NCBI GenBank assembly: GCA_043228905.1
Contig: JBHGNT010000003.1
Location: 9,796,001 to 9,860,000, forward strand
Length of the DNA: 64,000 nt
Source: Azolla caroliniana
Taxonomy: Eukaryota; Plantae; Polypodiophyta
Reading direction: 5' to 3'
The notes under the pieces were generated by a model. It worked only from the letters and a program-made list of their open reading frames with translations. It did not search any database and was not told the origin of the DNA. The translations under genes were made by a program, and so were the position numbers. Positions 51,482-64,000 of the stretch are shown one piece after another. Position 1 is the first letter of the stretch; every line of letters starts with the position of its first letter.

Positions 51482-54400
51482 CATTTGGTTGGACAAACCA
51501 AAATACGTAAAGTCAACCCCAAGTAGTGGTTCCATCTTATCGAAACATGCTAGTAGAGTTTTTTCGTCACAAGTTGAGCTTAGCACTTGTAGGTGTCATC
51601 GAGTTCTTGCATCCGTTCTCTTATATTCAAGAGCCAACTCTTGTTTTATGGACAAAGAATTTGCTTTATCCCAAAAAATCTGATTGAGAAACCTCCCTTG
51701 TCCTGCATCGGTTATAGTCATTGATGGTCGCCCTATTGCATCTGGGGATATAGTCGAAGAATCCGAGCCAATTCGAGTAGTCCTTGGCAGCTTTGCTTGT
51801 GTGATTTCTTTCAATATAATTAGTAGCCATGAGCATCTAGTTATCCTTGGTTTGCAGTAACGACAAATCCATCCTCTAGTTCACAAGGGGCATGTACTCA
51901 CCTCCCTACTAAGTACTTGGATTTTGAAGACATCTTCAACAAAACTAAAGCTAGTTCTCTTCCAGATCATCGTCCTTATGATTGTCCGATCGATCTACAA
52001 CCTGGGAAAGAGCCAACATGGGGGCCAATATATAATCTATCACCTTCTGAACTCGAGGCCCTTCGAGAGTATATAGATGAGCACTTAGCAAATGGATTCA
52101 TTCGACATTCTAAAAGCTCTACTGGTGCACCCATATTCTTTGTCAAGAAGAAAGATGGGTCTTTATGATTGGTCGTGGATTATCGAGATTTAAACAAAAT
52201 CACAGTTCGAAATAGATATGCTCTACCCTTGATATTGAGTTTACTAGAGCGTCTTAGTGGAGCTAAAGTTTTCACAAAGCTAGACCTTCGAGGTGCATAT
52301 AACCTTGTGCAGATACGTCCAAGAGACGAATGGAAGACAACATTCTGTACTCGATACGGACATTTCGAGTACACGGTTATGCCTTTTGGTCTCACGAATG
52401 TGCCCGTAGTTTTTCAACCCATGGCAAATGATATTTTTCGCAACTTCTTAGATTCATTTACCATAGTATATCTTGATGACATCTTGATCTAATCTAAAAG
52501 TCAAGAAGAGCATGACACACATGTACGCCAAGTCCTCCAACACTTACAATAATATGGGCGTTATGCCAAACTAGAGAAATGTAGCTTTGATCAAAACCAT
52601 GTGGAGTTTCTAGGGTATGTGGTTTCACAACAAGGTATATCTATGGATCCATCCAAGGTGCAGACAGTTCTAAATTGGGAAACACCTAGCTCAGTGCGTG
52701 ATGTTCAGTGTTTCTTAGGATTTGCAAATTTTTACCGCAAATTTATCAAGAACTACTCAAACATCATGATGCCTCTCACGGAGCTTACACGAAAGAACAA
52801 GTCGTTCACATGGAGTTCAAGTACCGCCAAAGCTTTTGAAAACCTAAAGAGAGCATTCACTTCTGCTCCAATTCTACTTCATGTTGACCTAGAAAAACCC
52901 TTTATCATCGAGGCGGATGGATCTGATTTTGCACAAGGAAGTATCTTGTCGCAGGTTGGAGGTGACGGAAAGCTGCATCCAATTGCTTTCCATTCACGCA
53001 AAAATTCGAAGCAGCAGAGATCAATTATGAGATTCACGACAAAGAGCTCTTGGCCATTATAGACTCGTTTGAACAATGGAGGCATCTATTAAAAGGTTCT
53101 CCCCACCAAATCATTGTTTACAATGATCATAAAAACCGCACATACTTTCAAAATGCTAGAGTCTTGAGTCGACGCCAAGCTCATTAGGCAAAATTCGTGA
53201 CGCGTTTTGACTTCCTCATCACATATCGTCTTGGAGTACAACAAGAAAAGGCAGACGCTCTATCACGAAGATCTTATTTGGTGCCACAACCAGGTGAGCC
53301 CACATTTGATCATCAAAAGCAAGTCATCCTGGGGCTAGATCAGTTACGATTATTGACTATTAATGCCTCTAAAGCACCTGAAGATTCCAGGCTCCTTGAT
53401 TCAATCTGAATAGGTATCATTTCTAATGAATTTGCTCAAGATGTATTGAATCATATCATTTCAGATCGTGCATCTTCTTCAAAATCCAAGTATCCTTGTA
53501 AAGATTATAACCAGTTTCAATGGCAAAATGGATTACTTTTTCGTAACACTATTTTGTATGTCCCCAATGGTTCGTCTCGACTCCAAGTAATGCAATATTG
53601 TCATGACGACCCAATGACTGGACACTTTGGAATCCACAAAACTTTGGAGCTAGTTTCTCGAAACTATTGGCGGCCTCATCTTTGGGAATTTGTTGAGGAT
53701 TATGTTCGTACTTGTGACGTGTGTTGTCGATCAAAGATTCCGCGACAATTGACCATATGGGTTATTATAGCCATTGCCAGTTCCTACTAGTCCATGGAAA
53801 TCCATCTCTATGGACTTTATAACAAATCTTCCACTTTCAAAGAGTTTTGATGCTATCCTCACTGTAGTAGATCGATTCACAAAGATGGTGCATTTTCTTC
53901 CATGCACGAAAACTATCAACAGTAAAGAAACTGTAGACATCATTATGAAAGAACTATTTCGGCTTAATGGTCTTCCAAATGACATCATTAGTGATCATGG
54001 CCCACAATTCATCTCAAAATTCTGGAAACACTTGCTTGAGATGCTCAGAGTCTCTTGTAAACTTTCTTCAAGCTATCATCCACAAAGTGACGGTCAAACC
54101 GAGCGCACAAATCAAACTCTAGAACAATATCTTCGATGTTTCATCAATTATCAACAGGATGATTGGGTGGAATTTTTACACTTTGCAGAGTTTGCATACA
54201 ATAATTCAGTTCATTCCTCGACAGGATATACTCCATTTTTTGCAAACATAGGATATCATTCCCGTTGGATGATGATCGAACATCCAGAAATCTTGAAAAA
54301 TCCTGCCGCTGAGGACTGTCTACGCCAACTCCAAGAAGTTCATGTTGCACTTTCTCACCATTTGCATATTGCTCAAGCCAGACACAAGAAGGTTGTTGAT

Positions 54401-54900
54401 CGTCATCATCTTGACTCCTCACCAGAGGAACCAAACTTTCGAATTGGGGATTGTGTATGGCTATTACGACGTAATGTGAAGACCACTAGACCTTGTAATA
54501 AGTTGGATTATCAACAACTTGGTCCATTTATTATCTCTCATCAAATCAATGATGTTGCATTCCGCAATGCCTTGATCTACCCCCACACATGCATCTACAC
54601 CTAGTATTTCATGTCTCATTGTTGGAACCTTACAATGCTAGTTCCATTCCAGATCGGGTTGTTCTACCCCCACCTCCGGTTCAACTTGTTGATGGCCTAG
54701 AATTCGAAGTCAAAGCTATTTTGGACAGTCCAAGATAGTACGTAAGAAGCTTTATTATCTCGTGGACTGGTTAGGTTATACACTCAATGATCGTACTTGG
54801 GAACCAACCGAGAACCTTGACAACGCCTCCGATCTGGTAGCTGAATTTCATCGCCAATATCCAAATAAACCGAGCCCCAATTCATGCATGTGGAATTCGT
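51482..54900 (+). pseudogene. pol of the host chromovirus (protease, RT, RNase H, integrase, chromodomain)
   Basis: Colinear with 59812-63441: YLDDILI, WKSISMDF, LYYLVDWLGY..TWEP. Many stops and a deletion after the protease. Confidence 0.93.
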
Positions 54901-55654
54901 CATCGAAGGAGGGAGATGGTGTCATGAGTAGATGAAACCCCATGAGGTTTAGGGTGACCCGAACCCATGACCTCCAAAGGAGAAACACTCAGCTCTAGCC
55001 ATTAGGTTATATATGTTGTACATAAAGATATTATAATTTACTTTATTATAATATTGATAATGTAACCCTATAAATATCCAAAGGGTGCCATGACCCTTCA
55101 ATATCCCAAAGGGTGCCATGACCCTTCAATATCCCAAAGGGTATCATGACCCTACAAACATCTAAGGGGCACATACTACTTCTATATAAATAGGACATAT
55201 TGTATTGTTAGAACCATTCTGGTTCAACACCAGTCTTTGGCAAATATTCTAGTTCTTGCTCTTGTATATTTGCCTATTATACTAAAATATAGTCATTGTT
55301 CTCTCTTTCTTTTCCTCTCTTGTTCAATAGACTTCTTTTGTCAAGTTAAGGCCTTGACAATGAATGTGTATGTTATGACAACATACTTCGGGTTTTTTTT
55401 ACGTTTTTTACCTTAAAAAGACATTTTACCTTATAATAAATCATGAATACAAAAGTATGGTATTTACCATACTTTGAGGGTATTTACCATACTCGAAAGA
55501 TTGAAACATACTCGAATGTGAATGCATGTATGGTACATATGGTTCATACTATGGGACTCTCTATATTATCTCTATCTTGTATCATTAGGTTCATAATATT
55601 TCTCATCATTTGTGGAACTCTTCATTTTGCATTGCTATCATCTCTCCTTGTTGC

Positions 55655-56084
55655 TAGCAGTGGGCATGGTTTTGGCTCAAATGCAAACCGAACCGAACCG
55701 AACCGTTAAGCCATGGCTTAACGGTTTATTGGTTCAAAGATAAATAAACCATTTGGTTTGGTTTCAAATATTATGATCCGGTTTGGTTTTGAATTTTATG
55801 GTTTTGCGGTTTAATGGTTTATCGGTTTCAGTTCGGTTTGGTTTTGAATTTTACAGTTTAGCGGTCTAGCGGTTTCGGCTTATGTGGTTTGGTTTAAAGG
55901 TTTAAAAGTTTTGAAGGTTTAAAGGTTTATAGGTTTATCGGTTTAGAGGTTTGGTTTGATTTTGATTTATGATAAACCGATTTGGTTTGGTTCTAAACGG
56001 TTCAATTTAAATGGCTTTATAAAATTTAAATAGTTTGGTTTGGTTTTAAGGCCAAGAAACCAAATCGAACTGCGCCCATTGCTA
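55655..56084. mobile_element. Non-autonomous hAT-type MITE
   Basis: TIR TAGCAGTGGGC / GCCCATTGCTA, 8-bp TSD CTTGTTGC/CTTGTCAC (6 of 8 match), many AACCG/CGGTT subterminal motifs. Confidence 0.8.
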
Positions 56085-58546
56085 CTTGTCACATTTTTAC
56101 GTTGTATTTACCAAAAATGTCATCGAAATTCACATGTGTGTGAAATGTAGAGCAGAATCACCAAGGTTCTGAACCAAGGAAGATGGGTTTGAGGGCATTG
56201 TCAATGAAGGTTTCTGGGATTCAATATGATAATTGACATTTTCTCGTGCTTCTTAAAGATCCCGTCTTTAATTTGTATATTCTATGTGATGTCTTCTTTA
56301 TGTTGCATGTGTTCGAGAGTTTGTGTATTAACCCGTATATAAATATAATTTTGTTACGTACTTATAGTATAAATCTATGTAAAAGATTTGAGTGTTGGGG
56401 GTGCTAAGGGAAAGGTGTTTAAAAGGGAGAAAAAGTGTGGAAGGAAAAGAAGTGAAGGTGGAGGTGGGTCCAAGCCAGGGCCGAGCCCATGCATAGTTTT
56501 GGGAGTAAGGTTGCATGTTAGAGAGAGAATCATGTACCAAAGACAATATGTATACATATAAGAAACAAGGGATGGTAATACAATGATTGAGTTATGACAA
56601 CTAATCCCTTATCGTACAACCGACATTACAAAAAGGGGAGAGCATGCTTTATATAATGTCACCCTCTCATTGAGTGTTATAGTATAAGGACATGAATGCA
56701 TTAAAACTTCTATCAAAGTACACATAGAAGCTAATAACAATCTAGTAATGATTACAAGAGTGACCGACATATCTAACCCTTAAAGTATCCATTGTGTTTA
56801 ATGGAAAAGGATCTCCTATTCACAAAGATAACGGTGGACTCAAATACGTGTTCAATAAAGTGTTTGGTTGAGTTTTTTTATCTCAAAAAGAAATACCCTA
56901 AAATTTTCTAAATAAACACTATAACACCTTAATCCTAAACTCAAAATAAGATTATGAACTTCCTTGAATCACATGATACTGTAAGGATTATAACTTCAAA
57001 GGATAGAGATGAAAACGGTAAGAGATTACAAACTAGATATTGGAATTAACATATAAACTTGTACATGTATTCTTTGATGAACTCACACTCAAATAAGTGG
57101 TATTGTTGTGATTTAAATACATCTAAAATGTGACTGTTGTAGTTGTAACAGTCACTCCTATTTTTAGATAATGCTACCTAACTAATTAGTTTTTATTAAA
57201 ATTAGAGTTATTTTCAACACCCCCCCTTAACTCTAATTCCTATAGGTTATTGAGAGAGACTCAACCCGATATTTTTGCAACAATTCCAATGTTTAATACT
57301 TGGAATTGGCTTCGTTAAGAAATTGGCCCACATGTCTTGAGTAGGGGTATAGTTGATGTCAAGGTTATATTCTTCAACAAGCTCTGTTATAAAGTGGTAT
57401 CGAACCCGAATATGTTTATTTTGGTTGGTGATTTTTGGGTTCTTGGTGATCTTGACACATGATTGATTATCACACGATAACCTAAATTTGGAAATTTGTA
57501 AAATATCTAAAACTTGGATTATCGATTGAAGCCAAAGACCTTCTTTAGTTGTGAGCGTGGTTGCGATATATTCAACTTCAGTAGAGGAGAGGGCGACAAT
57601 GGCTTGCTTTTTCGTACGTCATGCAATTCCTCCTCCTGCAAAAGTAAACAAAAAACTTGATGTGGAGCGAGAACAATCAACATCTCCTCCCCAATCTGCA
57701 TAAGTCCATCCTTGTAGTGGTGTTGACAACCATCCTTGTATTTTGGAGTTGTCGGCCCCAAAGTATGCCTTATATGTGAGTACCATATTTCGAATGTACT
57801 TTAAGTACCGTAGTACTCGTTTGAGTGCATCCCAATTATTAAGACCTGGTTTTTCCATAAATCTTGAGAGAAAACAAGTTGAAAATGACAAATCTGGTCT
57901 TGTGCAGCTCACCAAATACCGAAGGTGTCCCTAATACTTGGTGATAGGGAATATTTTTCATAACACATGCTTCTTCATCATTCTGAGGAGAGTCTCAAGA
58001 TGAGAGCTTACATGGTAATAAGTAGTGTGGATATTGGAGAGCATTCAGCCATGCCAAGTTTATTCAAGATGTTGTCCACATAGTATCCCTAGTGTCATGA
58101 ACACATGACCATTATTGCGTCACCAGGACTTGAACCTCGAACCTTGTAATCCATACTTGAAAACCTCAACCAGTAAGATAGCTTATTGTTATATGAAACA
58201 ATAAAAGCTACTTCTTGTATTACATTGATTATTATAAAAACTCTAGATTATTCTAGAATGTTCTAGAATGTCCTAGAGCATTCTAGGTCTAGAACATTCT
58301 AGAAGATTCTAGAAATCTCTAAGCTATTCTATAGGAACCTATAAATAAGGGCATACATGTATTCTCAAATCAATTCGAATCAACACCAGTCTTTAGCTCT
58401 CATTACATATCTTGTATCCATTCTCTTTCTTTCTCTATCTTATACATCTATTCTTCTCTTAGTATTTGGTTCCTTTCTTCTCGTGTTCTCTAATATCCTT
58501 CTTCCCATCACTTTATCTTTTATCCTTGGTTCTGACATTTTGATTC

Positions 58547-58596
<50 letters not shown>

Positions 58597-58621
58597 CCTC
58601 CTTTGTAACCATCCTGAAACC

Positions 58622-59785
58622 ATGGCTACCATTAACTCAGAAGAATATCTCACCCTTGTTGCAGAAATGGAGAACCTTAAATCCAAGTTCGCATCTCTTG
58701 AAGTAGAGAATCAACGTCTACTTGAGGATCTACAAAAGGTTACTATAGAGAAGCAACAACAACAAGAGGAGTTCACGCGACGAGTGCAACAGTTAGAGTC
58801 GACAATCGTAGTCTTACAACAACAAAGGGTTGAAGGTCAGGGACTTATCAAGGAGCCCAAAATTAGCCTCCCAGCTAAATTTGATGGGTCGAGGGCGCAT
58901 TTCCGAGGTTTTTTTAATGAAGTATGGTTGGTGATTCAAATGCATCCCGTGCATTATCCAACAGATGCATCACGAGTCGGGCTAGTGGGCACCTTATTGA
59001 CTGGCATAGCGTTGTCGTGGTTTGCTCCATTGCTAGAGACCAATTCTCCTCTACTAAATAATTTCGAGGAATTTATCAAGGAATTTAAGGCTTGTTTCGG
59101 AGATACTGATGGGGCGAGAACAACTATCAACAATATTCGTACACTTCATCAAGTTGATCAACCAGCTTCGACATATGCTGCCAATTTCCGTCTCATCGCA
59201 AGCGATATTCCTTGGGATGAACAAGCCCTAATGGAGCAATTCCGTTCAGGCCTTCGTAGTGATATCAAAGACTTACTTCTTACCTTCCCCGAGGATCCAA
59301 GGTCACTTACAGAAGCTATTAGTCGAGCAATACGGTGTGATAATCGCCTTTTTGAGCGTCGATGTGGGCGACAACAACAAATAACAAGATCAAGATTCAC
59401 ACCAACTTATGCATCAGTAACGGCGCAATCATCCCCAAGGCAAATATATAGCCCTGCTCCAACTCCAAGGCAAACATGTAGTCCAGTCCCAATGGATAGT
59501 CCTGCACCCATAGAGATCGATATGACTCAACGACGAGGACCGTTGTCAGACGAAGAGAAGCAACGTCGTCGAGCAAACCATATGTGCTTATATTGCGGAG
59601 GTCCAGGACATATAGCCATTCATTGGTCTCGTTGGCTGAGACGTCAAGTAAATCAAATTCACTATAACAATAAAAATGAGTCCAACATTTTAGAAGCAGT
59701 TAGTGAATCTAATATTATGAATAATCCACCCTTGTCCAATAAATTTGAAGTCCTAAGCCAATTAGAAGAGGAGTCAAACGAATAA
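58622..59785 (+). CDS. gag: Retrotransposon Gag (open frame; zinc knuckle with the last Cys mutated)
   Basis: 387-aa ORF with EPKISLPAKFDG, PIEID, CLYCGGPGHIAIHW. Confidence 0.9.
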   Translation: MATINSEEYLTLVAEMENLKSKFASLEVENQRLLEDLQKVTIEKQQQQEEFTRRVQQLESTIVVLQQQRVEGQGLIKEPKISLPAKFDGSRAHFRGFFNEVWLVIQMHPVHYPTDASRVGLVGTLLTGIALSWFAPLLETNSPLLNNFEEFIKEFKACFGDTDGARTTINNIRTLHQVDQPASTYAANFRLIASDIPWDEQALMEQFRSGLRSDIKDLLLTFPEDPRSLTEAISRAIRCDNRLFERRCGRQQQITRSRFTPTYASVTAQSSPRQIYSPAPTPRQTCSPVPMDSPAPIEIDMTQRRGPLSDEEKQRRRANHMCLYCGGPGHIAIHWSRWLRRQVNQIHYNNKNESNILEAVSESNIMNNPPLSNKFEVLSQLEEESNE

Positions 59786-62700
59786 GTCCGGCCAAAATAG
59801 GAGCCATTTGGTTGGACAACCCTAGATATGTACAACCTAGTGTGGGTTCCATTTCTTCCAAGCATGTTAGTAGAGTCTTCTCAGCCCTAGTACAAATTAG
59901 GACACCCAGTTGTCAACTTCAAGTCCAAGCCCTCTTAGATACTGGAGCCAATTCTTGTTTCATGGATAGAGATTTTGCCCAAAAACACCAAATATCCTTG
60001 CATACACTTCCTTGTCCAGTTTCCGTAGTAGTGATTGATGGACGCCCCATAGCTTCCGGGAAGATATTTGAAGAGTCTGAGCCAATACACATACTCTTGG
60101 GTGATTTAGGATGTGTAGTTTCCTTTAACATAATCCATAGTCCTGAGCATCCAATTGTCCTCGGTTTGCCATGGTTCGAGCTACATAACCCTAGAATCGA
60201 TTGGAGGAAGCGAGAAATTCGGTGCCCTTTAGCAGAAAATATCATTATCAAGGATCGAACTTGGGATTATCCTCCTAAAGTATATGGTTCTACCAATGCA
60301 CCATATCCTTCTCATCAAATTTCAGCCATCACATTGCAACAATTACGCCAAGTGGGAGGCAAGGAGGACCTTTTCTTATTTGCAGTATCAGTGACACCTT
60401 CTAGTGTCACTCAAGGGAATTCAGACATACAAATTCCCAAAAAATATCAAGACTATGCTGATGTTTTCGACAAAGTCAAAGCTAGTGTTCTTACAAAGCA
60501 TCGGTCGTACGATTGTCCTATTGATCTCCAACCAGGAAAAGAGCCACCGTGGGGTCCGATTTACAATTTATCACCCACTGAGCTTGAGGTTCTTTGAGAA
60601 TACATCGAGGAAAATCTTGTACATGGGTTTATTCGACATTCAAAGTCTCCAGTTGGTGCTCCTATCTTTTTTGTGAAGAAAAAGGACGGCTCCCTTCGTT
60701 TGGTCGTGGACTATCGAGGCTTAAATAAAGTCACCATAAGGAATAGGTATGCTTTACCTTTAATCTCCAATCTCTTAGAACGCATTGGTGGGGTAAAGCA
60801 TTTTACCAAAATTGATCTAAGGGGTGCATATAATCTTGTTCGAATTCGGCCGGGAGATGAGTGGAAAACAACATTTCGTACTCGGTATGGTCATTTCGAG
60901 TATATAGTCATGCCTTTTGGGCTCACAAATGCACCTGCAGTATTCCAACATATGGCAAATGACATCTTCCGGGATTTCTTGGATATTTTTCTAATCATCT
61001 ACTTAGATGATCTATTGATTTACTCTAAAACACAGGGGGAGCATGATATACATGTGCGGCAAGTACTTGAACGCCTAAGGAAGTATGGTCTTTATGCCAA
61101 ACTTGAGAAATGCAGTTTTGATTGCGAACAAGTCGAATTTTTGGGATACACTACTTCATCCCAGGGTGTTTTCATGGACCCGGCAAAAGTCCAAACAATA
61201 TTGGAATGGAAACCCCCATGCTCAGTTCGGGATGTCTAGTGTTTCCTCGGATTTGCGAACTTCTATCGCAAATTCATACATAATTATTCAAGCATTGTGT
61301 TGCCCCTTACTCAACTCACCAAGAAAAATCAAGCATTTTTTTGGAGTATCGAAGCGGACAAGGCTTTTACGTAGCTGAAAGAGGCATTCACATCAGCACC
61401 CATCCTAGCACATATTGATCCTGAAAAGTCATTTACTATTGAGGCAGATGCATCAGACTTTGCATTGGGGAGTATCCTATCGCAACCAGGCGAGGACGGG
61501 CAGACACATCCAATGGCGTTTCACTCGAGAAAATTTACTGTTTCGGAGATAAACTATGAGGTGCATGACAAGGAGTTACTAGTTGTGGTCGACTCATTCG
61601 AGCAATGGCATCATTTTCTAGAAGGATCACCTCATCAGATTATCATTTATAGTGATCACAAAAATCTCACATATTTTCAAACAGCTCAAGTATTAAATAG
61701 ACGACAAGCTCGGTGGGCCCAATTTCTAATGCGTTTCGATTTCAAGATCATTTTTCGCCCCGGTAAACAACAAGGGAAAGCAGATGCTCTGTCTCGGCGT
61801 TCGTATCTAGCACTTCGACCTGGAGATCCGGCCTTTGACAATCAAAAGCAAACTCTCCTCATGCCATCAAAGCTACAGGTAACAACAATTTATGCCACGC
61901 CACTTGATTCTACCCTTCTTGACACTATTCGGCAACAACTTCATTCGGATGATTTTGCTAAGGATGTCTTAGCCCACTGTGGTTCAAGTCGTCCATCTTG
62001 CTCCACATTGCCAGGGTCATCTCAACATTATCAGGACTTCAAGTGGCAAGATAGCTTACTCTTCTACAAGAATCTCCTTTACGTCCCCGACGGATCACCC
62101 CGACTTCAAGTGTTGGAACATTGTCATGATGCCCCCATGGCTGGACATTTTGGTATTTCCAAGACCATTGAGCTGGTGAAACGTTCGTTTTGGTGGCCTC
62201 ACTTGCAAAAATTTGTCGAAGATTATGTTCGCACTTGTGACACCTGCTGTCGCGCCAAAATACCTCGGCATCACCCTTATGGCTTACTACAACCATTACC
62301 CCCTCCCAACAAGCCATGGCAGTCTATTTCTATGGATTTCATTATGGATCTGCCACCTTCCAAAGGCTTTGATACTATTTTAACAGTAGTGGATCGGTTC
62401 ACCAAGATGGCACATTTTGTACCATGTGTAAAGACCATCAATAGTGAAGAAACTGCAGATCTCATTATGCGTGAAGTGTTTCGCCATCATGGTCTCCCGA
62501 ATTATATTATTAGCGATCGAGGTCCTCAATTTATTTCACACTTTTGGAAGCACCTATGGGCAGGCCTCAAAATCTCTTGCAAACTCTCTTCGGCTTATCA
62601 TCCACAAACTGACGGACAAACAGAGTGCACAAATCAAACGCTGGAGCAATATCTTCGATGTTTCATTAGTTATCAACAAGATGATTGGAGTAATATTTTA

Positions 62701-63441
62701 CATCTTGCCGAGTTTGCATACAACAACACGGTCCACTCTTCTACCAAAGTTACACCTTTCTTTGCCTACACCGGCAACCACCCTCGATGGTGTATATTGG
62801 ATCTTCCCGAGGTGTCACGAAACCCTAGTGCGGCGCATCACCTCCACCGACTACAACAAATCCAGTTCGAGTTATCGTCACATCTTCAGAAAGCGCAAGC
62901 ACACCATAAGACCAATGCCGATCGACATCGTCTTAAGTCTCCGTTTAAGGTTGGTGACCGTGTATGGTTGCTTCGTCGTCACATCAAGATTACCCAACCT
63001 TGTGCTAAGCTTGACTATCAACGCTTAGGTCCTTTTGTCATCACGGCGCAGATTAATGATGCAACATTTCATCTTAACCTTCCTACACATATGCGGCTTC
63101 ACCCTGTCTTTCATAGCTCTCTTTTGGAACCTTGCCGCACCTCTTTAATTCCTAATCGTGTCGTGCCACCACCGCCTTCTGTACAACTTGTGGACGACCC
63201 CGAATACGAGGTAGCTGTTATTCTTGATTCTAAGATTGTGCGCAATAAGCTTTATTATCTAGTTGATTGGCTTGGCTATCCTCCGAGTGATTGCACTTGG
63301 GAACCCATCGATAACGTTTGTAATGCTGAAGCTATGATCAACGACTTCCATCGTCACTATCCAAACAAGCCCGGCCCAACAATGTTAACGCCGACTTCCA
63401 CTCGACGTTCTCAAAGGAGGGATAGTGTCATGAACACATGA
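59770..63441 (+). pseudogene. pol: Pol polyprotein (-1 frame relative to gag) with three in-frame stops
   Basis: LLDTGA protease, YLDD RT, EADASDFA RNase H, HHCC/DDE integrase, chromodomain YEVAVILDS..YLVDWLGY. Stops at ~60595, ~61237 and ~61372 are consistent with C-to-T changes. Confidence 0.93.
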
Positions 63442-64000
63442 CCATTATGGCGTCACCTGGACTTGAACCTCGAACCTTGTAATCCATACTTGAAAACCTC
63501 AACCAGTAAGATAGCTTGTTGTTATATGAAACAATAAAAGTTACTTCTTGTATTACATTGATTATTGTAAAAACTCTAGATTATTCTAGAATGTTCTAGA
63601 ATGTCCTAGAGCATTCTAGGTCTAGAACATTCTAGAAGATTCTAGAAATCTCTAAGCTATTCTATAGGAACCTATAAATAAGGGCATACATGTATTCTCA
63701 AATCAATTTGAATCAACACCAGTCTTTAGCTCTCATTACATATCTTGTATCCATTCTCTTTCTTTCTCTATCTTATACATCCATTCTTCTCTTAGTATTT
63801 GGTTCCTTTCTTCTCGTGTTCTCTAATATCCTTCTTCCCATCACTCTATCTTTTATCCTTGGTTCTGACACCTAGGCTCTGATTCCTTTGTACATGAATT
63901 CCAAGAAAATGCTCCAATGGCCCAAGATGCTTGACCTGAAAATGATGTTGTAGCTCCTTGATCACCTCTAGTATCTCTTTTTCATAAGTTCCTGCTATGG

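Larger units (their letters stand above)
8318..55359 (+). mobile_element. Ty3/gypsy chromovirus (Tcn1/Tf1-like, self-priming), outermost host of the nest
   Basis: 5' LTR 8318-9292 and 3' LTR 54920-55359, both starting TGTCATGAGTAGATG. TSD ATGAA at 8313-8317 and 55360-55364. PPT before 54920. Gag at 9448-9935 resumes at 38634-39283; pol resumes at 51482-54900 (RT YLDD, RNase H, integrase, chromodomain). Confidence 0.95.
58093..63870 (+). mobile_element. Near-intact Ty3/gypsy chromovirus (Tcn1/Tf1-like, self-priming)
   Basis: 445-bp LTRs 58093-58537 and 63426-63870 with about 8 differences by eye; exact TSD CCTAG; PPT AAAGGAGGGATAG. Confidence 0.97.
56393..64000 (-). mobile_element. 3' part of a Ty1/copia element (RT, RNase H, PPT, 3' LTR ~56393-57219), interrupted by the chromovirus 58093-63870 and running out of the window
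   Basis: CTRPDLSF..LSRFM..ALKRVLRYLK..YADWGGD..RSTSSF copia RT end; KHIRVRYHF RNase H; PPT at 57220-57230 next to TTCAACA. The LTR left boundary is inferred from TGTTGG only. Confidence 0.82.

Overview
Eukaryotic, repeat-saturated DNA from a land plant, most likely a seed-free one (inferred from the element families and a plastid fragment; species not identifiable). No intact host gene was found. The window is a five-level nest of transposons. A self-priming chromovirus (8318-55359, TSD ATGAA) contains a TIR DNA transposon (9936-38633, TSD GATA). That contains an inverted, diverged relative (17368-34934), which contains a GC-rich Ty3/gypsy element, which contains a solo LTR. Copia fragments, a second chromovirus family, a near-intact chromovirus, a hAT-type MITE and a plastid ndhB/psaM fragment are also present. 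The highlight is the ~9-10 kb DNA transposon family with ~36-bp AACACG... TIRs, a 4-bp TSD and two divergent genes. One gene is a DDD (Sola1-like) transposase. The other is a six-exon gene fusing a ParB/Srx-like domain to a bacterial-type beta-class N6A/N4C DNA methyltransferase (three decayed copies here), whose first intron holds an array of 23-bp palindromes (AACTCGATAC-nnn-GTATCGAGTT). All copies carry stops or frameshifts. Family names come from recognised motifs, not database searches, and coordinates were read by eye (allow a few bp).
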